Origin: a candidate division WOR-3 bacterium
GTDB taxonomy: Bacteria; Hydrothermota; 32-111
Direction: 5' to 3'
Assembly (NCBI GenBank): GCA_039804105.1
Contig: JBDRZU010000001.1
Span: 96,001-160,000 of the forward strand
Length of the DNA stretch: 64,000 nucleotides
How positions within the stretch are numbered: the stretch's first letter is position 1; each line of letters starts with the position of its first letter. Both the position numbers and the translations under genes were made by a program. Positions 1-10,418 of the stretch are shown here, piece by piece. The notes under the pieces were generated by a model, which had not been told where the DNA came from, made no database searches, and worked only from the letters and a program-made list of their open reading frames with translations.

Positions 1-90
1 GATATAGTCATAAAACAACAGCCAGCAGCTGGAACGAAAGTCAAAAAAGGAACAGGTGTAAAAATATGGATAAACAAGGAAAGAGAATGA
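1..90 (+). CDS. PASTA-domain protein, C-terminal fragment (runs off window start)
   Basis: Frame 1 reads DIVIKQQPAAGTKVKKGTGVKIWINKERE*, a PASTA repeat (IxQxPxxGxxVxxGxxV). Its TGA (88-90) overlaps the next ATG (87-89). Confidence 0.8.
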   Translation, partial: DIVIKQQPAAGTKVKKGTGVKIWINKERE

Positions 91-875
91 GATTGTCTTT
101 TTTTAAAGTCAACGAAATAAAGAATGAAGTAAAAAATCTTGATATTGACAACAAAGGTAAAAAGTGGGGATGTTTGTTGACACTCGTTTCAATACTTTTT
201 GTTTTTGTTGGGTTATTTTTGGGTCAAATAATTATGCCTGTCTTGTTGAAAACATCAAAGGAAATCAAGGTCCCAGATGTTACAGGTATTACTATAAGTC
301 AGGCAAGAACTAACCTTGAACTGGCAGGACTTGACATGAGAATCGCAGGTGAAGAGTATTCGGAAAATGTCCCAAGTGGAATAATCATTTCTCAGAATCC
401 CTTGCCAAACAGTACGATAAAATTCAACAAAATAGTTGAAGTTATCGTTTCAAAGGGAACAGAAAAAATAAAGGTCCCATTCGTTAAAGGTTTACATATT
501 TCGAACGCAACGGATCTACTTTTAAAAAATGGTATAATAGTTAACGATACCAATTATGTTTTCGATAACAACTATGCTGAAAACATAGTTGTGGGAAGTG
601 AACCTTCCGAAAACAGTTTGATTTCAAAAGGTGGGACGATTTCTCTTTATGTTTCAAAGGGTAGGATAGAAAATTATGTTCAGATTCCAAACTTTGTTGG
701 ATTATCTTCAGATTCTGCTTTAATAATCTCCTCAAAACTTTTAAAGTACATTAATCTAAAGATAGATACGATCAAAGGTAAATACGAAAATTTCTATGTT
801 ATAAAGCAGATCCCTGATAGTGGGCAGTATCTCAAAAAAGATGATACTTTAAAGTTGATTTTAAAAGGAAAATGA
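87..875 (+). CDS. Membrane-anchored PASTA-repeat protein (3 PASTA domains)
   Basis: One TM helix, then VPDVTG..., VPFVKG..., IPNFVG... repeats. Start placed at ATG 87 (ATGA overlap with upstream gene). Confidence 0.85.
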   Translation: MRLSFFKVNEIKNEVKNLDIDNKGKKWGCLLTLVSILFVFVGLFLGQIIMPVLLKTSKEIKVPDVTGITISQARTNLELAGLDMRIAGEEYSENVPSGIIISQNPLPNSTIKFNKIVEVIVSKGTEKIKVPFVKGLHISNATDLLLKNGIIVNDTNYVFDNNYAENIVVGSEPSENSLISKGGTISLYVSKGRIENYVQIPNFVGLSSDSALIISSKLLKYINLKIDTIKGKYENFYVIKQIPDSGQYLKKDDTLKLILKGK

Positions 876-1519
876 TGGATAGAGATATTCAGATAATACC
901 ATCATTGTTATCAATAGATTTAAATAATCTTCAACGAAGTATAGCATCCATACCTTCTTCTGTAAAAATTTTACATCTTGATGTCATGGATGGTCATTTT
1001 GTCGATAATATAACTTTTGGTCCACATTTTGTAAAAGTTGTCAGAGAGTTAACTGATAGATATCTGGATGTTCATCTTATGATAGAAAACCCTGATAAAT
1101 ATTATGACAGATTCATTGATTCTGGTGCTACCCATATATCGTTCCATATTGAAACAACAAAAGATCCTGTTCTTCTTATCAAAAGATTAAAGAAAAGAAA
1201 AGTAAAAGCAGGTATCGTTTTAAACCCTGAAACAGAACTTGAAAGGATAACACCATATCTTGATTTTGTTGATTATGTTCTTGTTATGTCTGTTCATCCA
1301 GGTTTTGCGGGTCAAAAATTTTTAAAATACACTTTAAAAAAAGTCAAAAAGTTGAAAATCTTAAGAGGAAACAGAAAGTATAAAATCGAGATCGATGGAG
1401 GGATAAACGATAAAACTGGAAAAGATGCTATAAAAGCTGGTGCAGACTGGATAGTTTCCGGTTCATACCTCTTTAATGGAGATATAAGAAAAAATTTAAA
1501 AAGGATTATTGATGGATAA
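872..1519 (+). CDS. rpe: Ribulose-phosphate 3-epimerase
   Basis: [35 protein letters not shown] and EIDGG motifs. Confidence 0.97.
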   Translation: MMDRDIQIIPSLLSIDLNNLQRSIASIPSSVKILHLDVMDGHFVDNITFGPHFVKVVRELTDRYLDVHLMIENPDKYYDRFIDSGATHISFHIETTKDPVLLIKRLKKRKVKAGIVLNPETELERITPYLDFVDYVLVMSVHPGFAGQKFLKYTLKKVKKLKILRGNRKYKIEIDGGINDKTGKDAIKAGADWIVSGSYLFNGDIRKNLKRIIDG

Positions 1520-3047
1520 GAAAGGAATTCTTATAGTTGATTTCGGGTCTCAATATACTCAACTGATTGCAAGAAGAATAAGAGAACTTGAAGTGTTTTC
1601 AGAGATAGTTCATCCTGATGGAATAAAAGATGTCGAATTGAAAAACTATTATGGTCTGATTTTATCAGGTGGTCCAAACTCGGTATATGATAGAAACTCT
1701 CCAGATATTAAACTTGATCTTGTAAAACTTGATATACCAGTTTTAGGGATATGTTATGGAATGCAACTTTTAGCAAAAAAGTATAATGGAAAAGTTGAAA
1801 GATCAAAAAAAAGAGAGTTTGGATTTGCTAAGTTTAACATATTAAAGGGTGAGAAACTTTTCAAAAATATTCCAAAACAGATAAATGTGTGGATGTCACA
1901 TTCTGACAATGTTGTGAAATTGCCAGATAATTTTTACAGAACAGGTTACAGTCATAATTGTAAATATGGCTCGATGGAAAGTAAAAATGGCAAAATTTTT
2001 GGATTGCAGTTTCATCCTGAGGTTTACCATACAGAGTATGGAAAAGAGATTTTAAAAAATTTTGTTTTTGAAGTATGTGGAGCAAAAAAGAATTGGACAA
2101 GCAAGCATCTTATAAAGAATATAATTGAGAATATACAAGAAGAAGTTGGCGATGGATATATTATAGGTGGATTATCAGGTGGAGTTGATTCAACAGTAGC
2201 AGCGGTACTTGTAAAAAAGGCAATTGGAAACAGGTTGAAAGGTTTTTTGATAGATACGGGACTTTTAAGGATGAACGAAGGAAAGGAAGTGATAGAACTT
2301 TATAATAAAAAATTAAAACTTAATGTAAAATATGTTGATAAAAGTAAAGTTTTTTTGAAAAATTTGAAAGGTGTAACTGATCCTGAAAAGAAAAGGAAAA
2401 TTATCGGAAAACTTTTTATAGAATCATTTGAAGATGAAGCAAAAAAAATTAAAAATGCAAAATTTTTATTACAGGGAACAATATATCCTGATAGAATTGA
2501 ATCAAAATCTACTAAAGGACCTTCGGCTGTTATAAAGAGTCATCATAATGTTGGTGGTTTACCTGAAAGGATGAATTTTAAATTGATAGAACCTTTGAAA
2601 GATCTTTTTAAAGATGAGGTTCGAACGATAGGTTTAAAACTTGGAATACCATCAAATTTTATAAGCAGACACCCCTTCCCCGGTCCAGGTCTTGCGATAA
2701 GAATAATTGGAGAAGTAACTGAGGAGAAACTTGAAATTTTAAGAAAGGTTGATGCTATATACATTGAAGAGTTGAAAAAAAATAAAATTTATGATGAAAT
2801 ATGGCAGGCGTTTGCTGTTTTTTTACCTGTTCAAAGTGTTGGTGTTATGGGTGATGAAAGAACTTATGAAAATGTGATAGCACTCAGGGCTGTTACCTCG
2901 ACTGATGGAATGACTGCTGATTTCTATTGGTTTGAAAGGGAAATTATACAGAAGATTTCTAACAGAATAATAAACGAAGTAAAAGGAGTGAATAGAGTAG
3001 TATATGATATATCATCAAAACCGCCTTCAACTATCGAATGGGAATAG
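1512..3047 (+). CDS. guaA: GMP synthase (glutamine-hydrolysing)
   Basis: [38 protein letters not shown] and C-terminal KPPSTIEWE. Confidence 0.98.
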   Translation: MDKKGILIVDFGSQYTQLIARRIRELEVFSEIVHPDGIKDVELKNYYGLILSGGPNSVYDRNSPDIKLDLVKLDIPVLGICYGMQLLAKKYNGKVERSKKREFGFAKFNILKGEKLFKNIPKQINVWMSHSDNVVKLPDNFYRTGYSHNCKYGSMESKNGKIFGLQFHPEVYHTEYGKEILKNFVFEVCGAKKNWTSKHLIKNIIENIQEEVGDGYIIGGLSGGVDSTVAAVLVKKAIGNRLKGFLIDTGLLRMNEGKEVIELYNKKLKLNVKYVDKSKVFLKNLKGVTDPEKKRKIIGKLFIESFEDEAKKIKNAKFLLQGTIYPDRIESKSTKGPSAVIKSHHNVGGLPERMNFKLIEPLKDLFKDEVRTIGLKLGIPSNFISRHPFPGPGLAIRIIGEVTEEKLEILRKVDAIYIEELKKNKIYDEIWQAFAVFLPVQSVGVMGDERTYENVIALRAVTSTDGMTADFYWFEREIIQKISNRIINEVKGVNRVVYDISSKPPSTIEWE

Positions 3048-3816
3048 TTTCCCCAAAATATTTTTCTTTGATATGGATGGTACTCTATATCTTGGAGATA
3101 AACTTATCGATGGTTCAGTTCAATTTTTGAACAGATTAAAGGAACTTGAGATAAAAAGAGTTTTTTTATCGAACAATTCTTCAAAGAACAGAAAAGATTA
3201 TTATAAAAAATTAAAAAAGATGGGTTTTGAAGTTTCGATCGATGAAATTTTTACATCTTTGAATGCAACGATTTTGAAAATGAAAAGAGAGAAAATTGTA
3301 AAAATTTTTCCTCTTGGGACTCCTTCCTTTGAGGAAGAGTTGAGAGAGAATGGTTTTACAATAACCGATAAAGATCCTGAAGTAGTTTTACTTGGTTTTG
3401 ATAAAACTTTAACTTATGAAAAGATTGAAAAAGCTTACAAATTTTTGATGGAGGGCAAACGGTATATAGCGACACATCCCGATATACTCTGTCCAACCGA
3501 AGAAGGTTTTATCCCAGATATAGGTTGTTTTATCAGTATGTTCGAAAAATGTACCAACAGGTTACCAGAGATCATCGGAAAACCGAATGTTGAAATGCTT
3601 TCAAACATTTTAAAGTTTTATTCAATTGAAAACTGTGATGCAGTTATGGTTGGCGATAGATTGTACACTGATATGAGAATGGCTATTGATGCAAAGGTTA
3701 TATCCGTTTTAGTACTTTCAGGAGAAACCAAACTTGAAGATTATAAAAACTCAAACCTTCAGATAGATATTGTTTGTGACTCTGTAAAAGATCTTTTTGA
3801 AGTATTCTCATTATGA
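3004..3816 (+). CDS. HAD-IIA family hydrolase (NagD-like)
   Basis: [25 protein letters not shown] and VLSGET motifs. The only in-frame ATG upstream of the DxD motif overlaps guaA by 44 nt. Confidence 0.9.
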   Translation: MIYHQNRLQLSNGNSFPKIFFFDMDGTLYLGDKLIDGSVQFLNRLKELEIKRVFLSNNSSKNRKDYYKKLKKMGFEVSIDEIFTSLNATILKMKREKIVKIFPLGTPSFEEELRENGFTITDKDPEVVLLGFDKTLTYEKIEKAYKFLMEGKRYIATHPDILCPTEEGFIPDIGCFISMFEKCTNRLPEIIGKPNVEMLSNILKFYSIENCDAVMVGDRLYTDMRMAIDAKVISVLVLSGETKLEDYKNSNLQIDIVCDSVKDLFEVFSL

Positions 3817-4664
3817 AAATTTACATAATCGGAAAAAATGGACAATTAGGTTATGACCTTGAAAGGGTACTTTCAAAAAAGTATATTGTTGATGGTGGTG
3901 GTAAGGAAAAATTTGATATGAAGAAGGTTGATGATTTTTTAGATTTTATAAAAAACAAATACAACATTCTTATAAACTGTTCAGCGTATCTTGATGTTGT
4001 ATTAAGTGAAAAATATATCAAAGATGCTTTTTTGATGAATGCAAATCTTCCAACGGTTATCGCAAAATTCTGTTATGAAAATAAAATTAGATTTTTTCAT
4101 TTTTCTACTGATTATGTTTTTGATGGTAAAAAGAGAACTCCCTACCTTGAAGATGATAGATGTAATCCTTTGAACAATTATGGTTTGTCGAAATATGTTG
4201 GGGAGCGTATGATACTTGAAAACAACCCTGATGCAAAAATTTTAAGGGTTAGCGGTTTATATGGAAAACGGGAGAGTAGATCAAAAGGATACAATTTTGT
4301 TTCGTTTATTTTAAAAAAGACCGAAAATAAAGAAGCAGTATCGGTTGTAGATGATCAGGTATTGACTCCAACATATACTTATAATATAGCAAGACAGGTT
4401 GAGAAAATTATAGATTATGATCTTTCTGGAATTATCCATTCTACAGATGAGGGTGAAACGAGCTGGTATGGTTTTGCTCTTATGATAAAAAAGATTATGA
4501 AACTTAGTATAATAATAAAACCAAGAGATTCGAAAGGTCTTTTCCCTGAAAGACCTTCATATTCTGTTCTCGAGAATAGAGTTTTAAAAGATAATGGAAT
4601 AAATCTAATGAAGTGTTGGATGGAATCTTTAGAATATTTTTTAAAAGTGGACTTGAAAGGATGA
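3813..4664 (+). CDS. rfbD: dTDP-4-dehydrorhamnose reductase
   Basis: GKNGQLG, STDYVFDG, YGLSK, DQVLTPT and RPSYSVL motifs. Confidence 0.93.
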   Translation: MKIYIIGKNGQLGYDLERVLSKKYIVDGGGKEKFDMKKVDDFLDFIKNKYNILINCSAYLDVVLSEKYIKDAFLMNANLPTVIAKFCYENKIRFFHFSTDYVFDGKKRTPYLEDDRCNPLNNYGLSKYVGERMILENNPDAKILRVSGLYGKRESRSKGYNFVSFILKKTENKEAVSVVDDQVLTPTYTYNIARQVEKIIDYDLSGIIHSTDEGETSWYGFALMIKKIMKLSIIIKPRDSKGLFPERPSYSVLENRVLKDNGINLMKCWMESLEYFLKVDLKG

Positions 4665-5845
4665 AAATATTTTTCTATTCGATGGGTTGTAAATTGAACC
4701 AAACGTTAACAAAAAAATATGTAGGAAAAAGTATAGAACAAGGATACAATGTTTGTGATGACCCTCAGGATGCTGATATAATCCTTCTTTCATCGTGTGT
4801 TGTCACTGATACCTCGCAGAAGCAGTTCGAAACAATTTTAAAAAGAATGAGTAAAAGATTCCCTGAAAAAAAAATTAAAGTTATAGGGTGTTACGATATA
4901 AATCTTCTTAATGAAAATGTCGAATATATAGATCAAAATGATATTTTTCAATCAAAAAAATTTTACATTAACAGAACAAGAGTGGAAGTACCAATACAGA
5001 TTGGATGTAACAGTTTTTGCTCTTATTGCATAGTTCCTTATTATCGGGGTGAAGAGAAAAGTAGAAGTATTAAAATTATTTTAAAAGAGGTTGAAGATTT
5101 ATACAGGAATAATGTTAAAGAGATAGTGTTAACAGGCGTTCATATTGGTAGATTCAGTGATGAAGGTAAAAATCTTGTGGATCTTGTGAATCTGATTGTA
5201 GAAAAACCGATTGAAAGGATAAGATTATCATCACTTGATATAAATGAAATCGATTTAAAAGATATTGAGAAAATGGCAAAAATAAAAAAACTTGTTCCCT
5301 TTTTCCATCTTTCATTACAACATATATCTGAAAAAGTTCTGATGACTATGAAGAGAAAATACAATGTTAAAAGAATTAAAGAGATCATGAACGCTTTCAA
5401 AGAAAATTTTGATAGACCGATGCTTGGTTGTGATGTCATCGTTGGTTTTCCGTTTGAAACTGATAGAGATTTTATGGAGATGGTTGAATTTTTTGAAAAA
5501 AGTTATTTTTCACATTTTCACATTTTCCCTTTCTCGAAAAGAAAGGAAAGTTTGGCATACTATTTTGAAAAGGTAAAAGACGCCGAAATCCCAGTAGAAC
5601 GGAAAATGGAAATTATGAGAAGATTACATAAAGAAAAAAAAGAAGAGTTTTTAAAATCGTTAAAAGGTATCAACGAAACTATTATTTTCGAGAGTTTAAA
5701 AGATGATATGATTAAAGGAAAAAGTGAAAGATATTTTGATGGGTATTTAAAATATGAAGATAAATTTAAAAAGGGTGATATCATAAAAGTAAAGGTATTA
5801 GATTTTATTGATGGGAAGGTTTTCTGTGAAGAAAGAAACTTTTAA
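4661..5845 (+). CDS. mtaB: tRNA methylthiotransferase, MtaB-like (radical SAM)
   Basis: MGCKLNQ, SCVVT, CNSFCSYC, LTGVHIG, HIFPFSKR. Start at ATG 4661 overlaps the rfbD stop. Confidence 0.82.
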   Translation: MKIFFYSMGCKLNQTLTKKYVGKSIEQGYNVCDDPQDADIILLSSCVVTDTSQKQFETILKRMSKRFPEKKIKVIGCYDINLLNENVEYIDQNDIFQSKKFYINRTRVEVPIQIGCNSFCSYCIVPYYRGEEKSRSIKIILKEVEDLYRNNVKEIVLTGVHIGRFSDEGKNLVDLVNLIVEKPIERIRLSSLDINEIDLKDIEKMAKIKKLVPFFHLSLQHISEKVLMTMKRKYNVKRIKEIMNAFKENFDRPMLGCDVIVGFPFETDRDFMEMVEFFEKSYFSHFHIFPFSKRKESLAYYFEKVKDAEIPVERKMEIMRRLHKEKKEEFLKSLKGINETIIFESLKDDMIKGKSERYFDGYLKYEDKFKKGDIIKVKVLDFIDGKVFCEERNF

Positions 5846-7094
5846 AATTGTAACTTATGGTTGTGAGATGAACGATTATGACAGCCAGGTCATAAGTGCG
5901 ATACTTAGAAAAAATGGTTTTCTTGAAGTTTTTGATATAGAGGATGCGAACATTGTTGTTGTCAACGGTTGTTCAGTGAGAGAACATGCACACAAAAGAG
6001 CTTTGGGATTCATTCAGAGTTTGAAAGGAAAAAAAAAGAAAAAAAGATTTATAATTGCTGGATGTCTTGCTAAAGCACTTGAGAATGAGAATATTCTTAT
6101 TGATGAGTCCTTTATAGTTTCAACAGAATATGAAAAACTTCCTCAAGTTTTAGAATTTGAGAATTTCAAGGAATTTCAAATAGTTTCAGAGGGTAATTAC
6201 TCTTCAGTTTTAAGGGATACTGATTTTACCTTGAATATTCCAATTATGAAAGGATGTAACAATTTTTGCTCTTACTGTATAGTCCCTTACCTTAGGGGAC
6301 AGGAGATATCTTTTAGCAAAGAAGATATTATAAAAAATATACAGTTGAACAGAAACGAAAAAACAAGAGAAATAATGCTCCTTGGACAGAATGTGAATTC
6401 TTATAGATACGATACCTATAATTTTGTTGGGATTCTTGAACATGTCGCAAAGAAGTTTAAAGATTTAAGGATAAGATTTTTAACTTCACATCCAAAAGAT
6501 TTTTCACCTGATATAGTTAGGTTGATGGCTGATTATGAGAACATCTGTCCACATCTTCACCTGCCTGTTCAAACTGGATCGGATAAACTTTTGAAACTTC
6601 TCCACAGGGATTATACTGTAAAAGATTATAGAAACAAAATTGAGATATCACGGGAAATACTTCAAGATATTTCGATAACAACTGATATTATGGTTGGGCT
6701 TCCCTATGAGGAAGAAGAAGATTTCAATGAAACTCTTAAACTAATTGAAGAGATTGGGTTTGATGATGCTTTCATGTATAAATTTTCAAAAAGGAAAAAT
6801 ACCTTTTCATATTTTATGGACGATTGTGATCAGAAAATTTCTTCGGAAAGGTTGAAAAAAATCATACAAGCACAAAGATCGTTAAAGGATAAAAAATTAA
6901 AAAAACTTGTTGGAAAAGATGTAGAGGTTATAATAGAAAAATTAAGTAAAAAGAATATAAACGAATTTTACGGAAGGGACAAACATAACAGGAGTGTTGT
7001 TGTGAGAGGTAAGGATATAAATATTGGAGATAGGTTGATAGTAAAAATAATGGAAATAAGAGGGATAACTCCTTTTGGAATAAAGATGAGGTGA
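5826..7094 (+). CDS. miaB: tRNA-i6A37 methylthiotransferase MiaB
   Basis: TYGCEMNDYDS, CSVRE, CNNFCSYC, LLGQNVNSY, TSHPKD and a C-terminal TRAM domain. The GTG start is approximate. Confidence 0.9.
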   Translation: MKKETFKIVTYGCEMNDYDSQVISAILRKNGFLEVFDIEDANIVVVNGCSVREHAHKRALGFIQSLKGKKKKKRFIIAGCLAKALENENILIDESFIVSTEYEKLPQVLEFENFKEFQIVSEGNYSSVLRDTDFTLNIPIMKGCNNFCSYCIVPYLRGQEISFSKEDIIKNIQLNRNEKTREIMLLGQNVNSYRYDTYNFVGILEHVAKKFKDLRIRFLTSHPKDFSPDIVRLMADYENICPHLHLPVQTGSDKLLKLLHRDYTVKDYRNKIEISREILQDISITTDIMVGLPYEEEEDFNETLKLIEEIGFDDAFMYKFSKRKNTFSYFMDDCDQKISSERLKKIIQAQRSLKDKKLKKLVGKDVEVIIEKLSKKNINEFYGRDKHNRSVVVRGKDINIGDRLIVKIMEIRGITPFGIKMR

Positions 7095-7096
7095 AT

Positions 7097-7831
7097 ATGA
7101 AAAATTTTATTATTTTTTTGAGTATTTTTTTGATTTTTAATTCTTCTTTCACACAGGATTTGAGAGAACTTTATGTAAAGGGTGATTACAAAACTTTAAA
7201 ATTGATACTCGATTCTGTTAAAGAAAATGATCAGTGCCCAAGTTCTCTCTATTTTTATATTGCTGAACTTTCAAACGATGTGACATTATCTTTGAACTAT
7301 TACCGAGTCATTGAAGAAAAATATAAAGATTCACCTTTTTATCCTTTAACACTTCTTCGAATTGCAAAATATTACACACTTTCGAAGGATAGTTCAAAAG
7401 CGTTGACTTATTATAGAAAATTGGTTTCTTTAAAAGATAGCAGGACATTAGAGTATGCTTATCTGGGAATCATAGGTATATATGAAAATTATGCTGACAT
7501 TAATAATGCTAATTACTGGGTCTCAAACTTTGCAAACGAAGTTGGATCTAGTGCATTTTTAAAATATTTTTCTACAGGTGAAAAAACTAAACATTCTCAA
7601 ATAAAAGATAAGTTTTATTCGATTCAGATAGGATCTTTTAAAAATAAGGGTAACGCTGAAAGTTTATTTAAAAAATATAAGGACAAAAGTTATGATGTGT
7701 TTATCGTTTTTGAAGAGAACCTCTACAAAGTTCGAATCGGAAAGTTTAAAAATGAACAGGATGCGAAGAGTTTTTTGAAAATTTTTCAAAAAGCTGAAAC
7801 TGTTCCCGCCTGGATAGTTTATGGAGAGTGA
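7097..7831 (+). CDS. Exported TPR + SPOR domain protein
   Basis: Signal peptide, TPR-like helices, and C-terminal SPOR (YSIQIGSFKNKGNA...YKVRIGKF). Confidence 0.85.
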   Translation: MKNFIIFLSIFLIFNSSFTQDLRELYVKGDYKTLKLILDSVKENDQCPSSLYFYIAELSNDVTLSLNYYRVIEEKYKDSPFYPLTLLRIAKYYTLSKDSSKALTYYRKLVSLKDSRTLEYAYLGIIGIYENYADINNANYWVSNFANEVGSSAFLKYFSTGEKTKHSQIKDKFYSIQIGSFKNKGNAESLFKKYKDKSYDVFIVFEENLYKVRIGKFKNEQDAKSFLKIFQKAETVPAWIVYGE

Positions 7832-7832
7832 T

Positions 7833-10388
7833 ATGAAAGAAAAAGATGTCCCGATACTGAAGCAATATAAGGAGATTAAATCAAATTTTAACGACTCCAT
7901 TTTACTTTTTAGAATGGGTGATTTTTATGAAACTTTTTATGATGATGCGAAATTTATAGCATCTGTACTCAATATAACATTGACCTCAAGGGAGTATGGA
8001 GAAGAAAAGATACCTCTCGCTGGCTTTCCAATAAAATCGGCAGATCATTATATAAGAAGGTTGGTCTCAACGGGAAAAAAGATTGCTATTGCCGATCAAC
8101 TTGAAGAACCTTCGAAAAATGTAAAACTTGTAAAAAGGGGAGTGGTTGAAGTAATTACACCCGGCACTATAATGAGGGAATCTCTGCTTTCAGAAAAAGA
8201 GAACAACTATTTTGCTCTCGTGTACGCTTTTGATGGAAAAACTGTTGTATCAACTCTTGATATCTCAACAGGAGATCTGTTAGTTTATGATTTTAAAAAC
8301 GGAGAAAATATCTTTGATTTTCTAAAAAACAAGGATATAAAAGAGATAGTTTCAAATGAAAAATTTAAGATCGAAGAAAAAGAAGTAAAGGTTATAGATA
8401 AAAGTTTTTTTGATTTGGATGATTGTCTACAAGTATTGAAAACACAGTTTGGCATAGAAAAAGTTGAAAGAATAAAAAATCTTGATGAAAAACTCATAAG
8501 GGCAGCTGGAGCTTTGTTATTGTTTATTAAAGAAGCATACTCAACCGATCTGCAACAGGTGAAAAATTTTGAATATATAGATCTTTCTAAAAGAATGATC
8601 CTTGATAGTCAGACCTTGAGAAACCTTGAAATATTTACAAGAAGTAATGGAGAGTATGAAAACTCATTTCTTTTTGCTATCGACAGAACGAAAACTCCAA
8701 TGGGTGGTAGAACTCTAAGGGAAGTTTTGAAATCACCATATAACGATCTAAACACTATAAATATAATTTATGATAACATTGAAAGAATGATTTTAAAATT
8801 TGATCTTGTAAAATCTATTGGAACACTTCTATCTGAAGTGGGAGATGTTGAGAGGATCAATGCAAGGATCGCATCAAAAAGGGCAACACCAAGGGATCTT
8901 GTAAACCTTAAAAAATCTTTAAAAGGTTTTATCAAAATAACAGATATTGTTAAAGATCTGTCAATCGAAATTTTTGAGATTGAAAAAAATGTTGTAGAAA
9001 AAGTAATACAGTTGATAGATATTTCGATTGATGAAAATGTTATTCTTGATGGTGAAAAAGAAAAATTTTTTAAAAAAGGATTTGATCAGGAATACGATAG
9101 ATTAAAAGAGTTATCCTTGGAAGGTTCGAAAGCTATATTCATGATGGAAGATGAGGAGAAAAAGAGAACAGGGATAAACAATTTAAGGATAGGTTATTCA
9201 ACTGTGATGGGATATTATATTGAGATAACGAACTCAAATCTTGATAAAGTTCCAAAGGACTATATCAGAAAACAAACTTTGAAAAATGCTGAAAGGTTTG
9301 TTAACGAAAAGTTGAAACAATATGAGATAGAAATTTTAACTGCTGAAGAAAGGTTGAACAAACTTGAAAAAGAACTATATGAAAAACTTATAGAAAGGTT
9401 ATCGTTATTCTATGTTGAGTTAAAAAAAGTTTCAATCTATATTGGTAGAATAGATCTTTTATATTCATATACAGTTCTATCATATGAAAATGATTATACA
9501 AGACCCCTTATAGGTGATTTTTATGAATTATATATTGAAGATGGAAGACATCCTGTGATAGAAATGGTGAACAGAAATGAAAGATTTATTCCAAACTCTC
9601 TTTATATGGATGAAAAAAGATCTTTGATTCTTTTAACTGGTCCAAATATGTCAGGTAAATCAACCTACCTTAGACAAAACGCTTTGATAATTCTTATGGC
9701 TCACATGGGATTATTTGTTCCAGCAAAAAAAGCTAAGATACCATTAACTGATAGAATATTTACCAGGATAGGTGCAAGTGATGACCTTTCAAAGGGTGTT
9801 TCAACATTTATGGCTGAGATGCTTGAATGTTCAAACATCATTGAAAACATGACTGAAAAAAGTTTTATAGTTCTCGATGAGATAGGACGGGGGACATCCA
9901 CCTTTGATGGATTATCTATAGCATGGGCGATAATAGAATACATACATGATCTCGAAAAATCCCCTAAAACTTTGTTTGCTACTCATTACCATGAGTTAAC
10001 AGAATTGAGATCAAAGTTACCAAAAATGTTCAATATGACAGCAAAGGTAAGAAAGTATGAGGATAAAATAGTTTTTTTAAAAAAGATTGTTGAAGGAAGT
10101 TCAGACGAAAGTTACGGAATCGAGGTCGCAAAGATGGCAGGTCTCCCATCGGAAATAATTGAGAATGCTTCCCAGATTCTTTTACTTTTAAAGGAAAGTG
10201 AGATGAATGTAAAAGAAAAGATGAGAGTTGTTTCCCAACTTTCACTTTTCAAAAGTGATGGAGAGAAGGAAAAGTTTGAAAATATTATCAGAATGATATC
10301 TGAAAAAGATTTGAACAATATTACACCGATCGAATCCTTACTGTTTTTAAATGAGATAAAAAATAAAATTGAAGAATTAAAAGATTGA
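7833..10388 (+). CDS. mutS: DNA mismatch repair protein MutS
   Basis: LFRMGDFYE, GPNMSGKST, STFMAEM, DEIGRGTST, ATHYHEL and C-terminal clamp motif QLSLF. Start is 7833 (GGAG upstream) or 7821. Confidence 0.98.
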   Translation: MKEKDVPILKQYKEIKSNFNDSILLFRMGDFYETFYDDAKFIASVLNITLTSREYGEEKIPLAGFPIKSADHYIRRLVSTGKKIAIADQLEEPSKNVKLVKRGVVEVITPGTIMRESLLSEKENNYFALVYAFDGKTVVSTLDISTGDLLVYDFKNGENIFDFLKNKDIKEIVSNEKFKIEEKEVKVIDKSFFDLDDCLQVLKTQFGIEKVERIKNLDEKLIRAAGALLLFIKEAYSTDLQQVKNFEYIDLSKRMILDSQTLRNLEIFTRSNGEYENSFLFAIDRTKTPMGGRTLREVLKSPYNDLNTINIIYDNIERMILKFDLVKSIGTLLSEVGDVERINARIASKRATPRDLVNLKKSLKGFIKITDIVKDLSIEIFEIEKNVVEKVIQLIDISIDENVILDGEKEKFFKKGFDQEYDRLKELSLEGSKAIFMMEDEEKKRTGINNLRIGYSTVMGYYIEITNSNLDKVPKDYIRKQTLKNAERFVNEKLKQYEIEILTAEERLNKLEKELYEKLIERLSLFYVELKKVSIYIGRIDLLYSYTVLSYENDYTRPLIGDFYELYIEDGRHPVIEMVNRNERFIPNSLYMDEKRSLILLTGPNMSGKSTYLRQNALIILMAHMGLFVPAKKAKIPLTDRIFTRIGASDDLSKGVSTFMAEMLECSNIIENMTEKSFIVLDEIGRGTSTFDGLSIAWAIIEYIHDLEKSPKTLFATHYHELTELRSKLPKMFNMTAKVRKYEDKIVFLKKIVEGSSDESYGIEVAKMAGLPSEIIENASQILLLLKESEMNVKEKMRVVSQLSLFKSDGEKEKFENIIRMISEKDLNNITPIESLLFLNEIKNKIEELKD

Positions 10389-10418
10389 AAATTTTATAGT
10401 ATAGATTAATTATAAAAA

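Noticed and set aside
5003..6290. Near-identical ~40-nt stretches in mtaB and miaB
   Set aside because: Both encode the shared GCNxFCSYCIVPY radical-SAM motif; this is paralog conservation, not a repeat element or DGR template/variable pair.
10389..10418. TTTTATA...TATAAAA hairpin between convergent mutS and ftsK
   Set aside because: Almost purely AU stem, too weak to call as a terminator.
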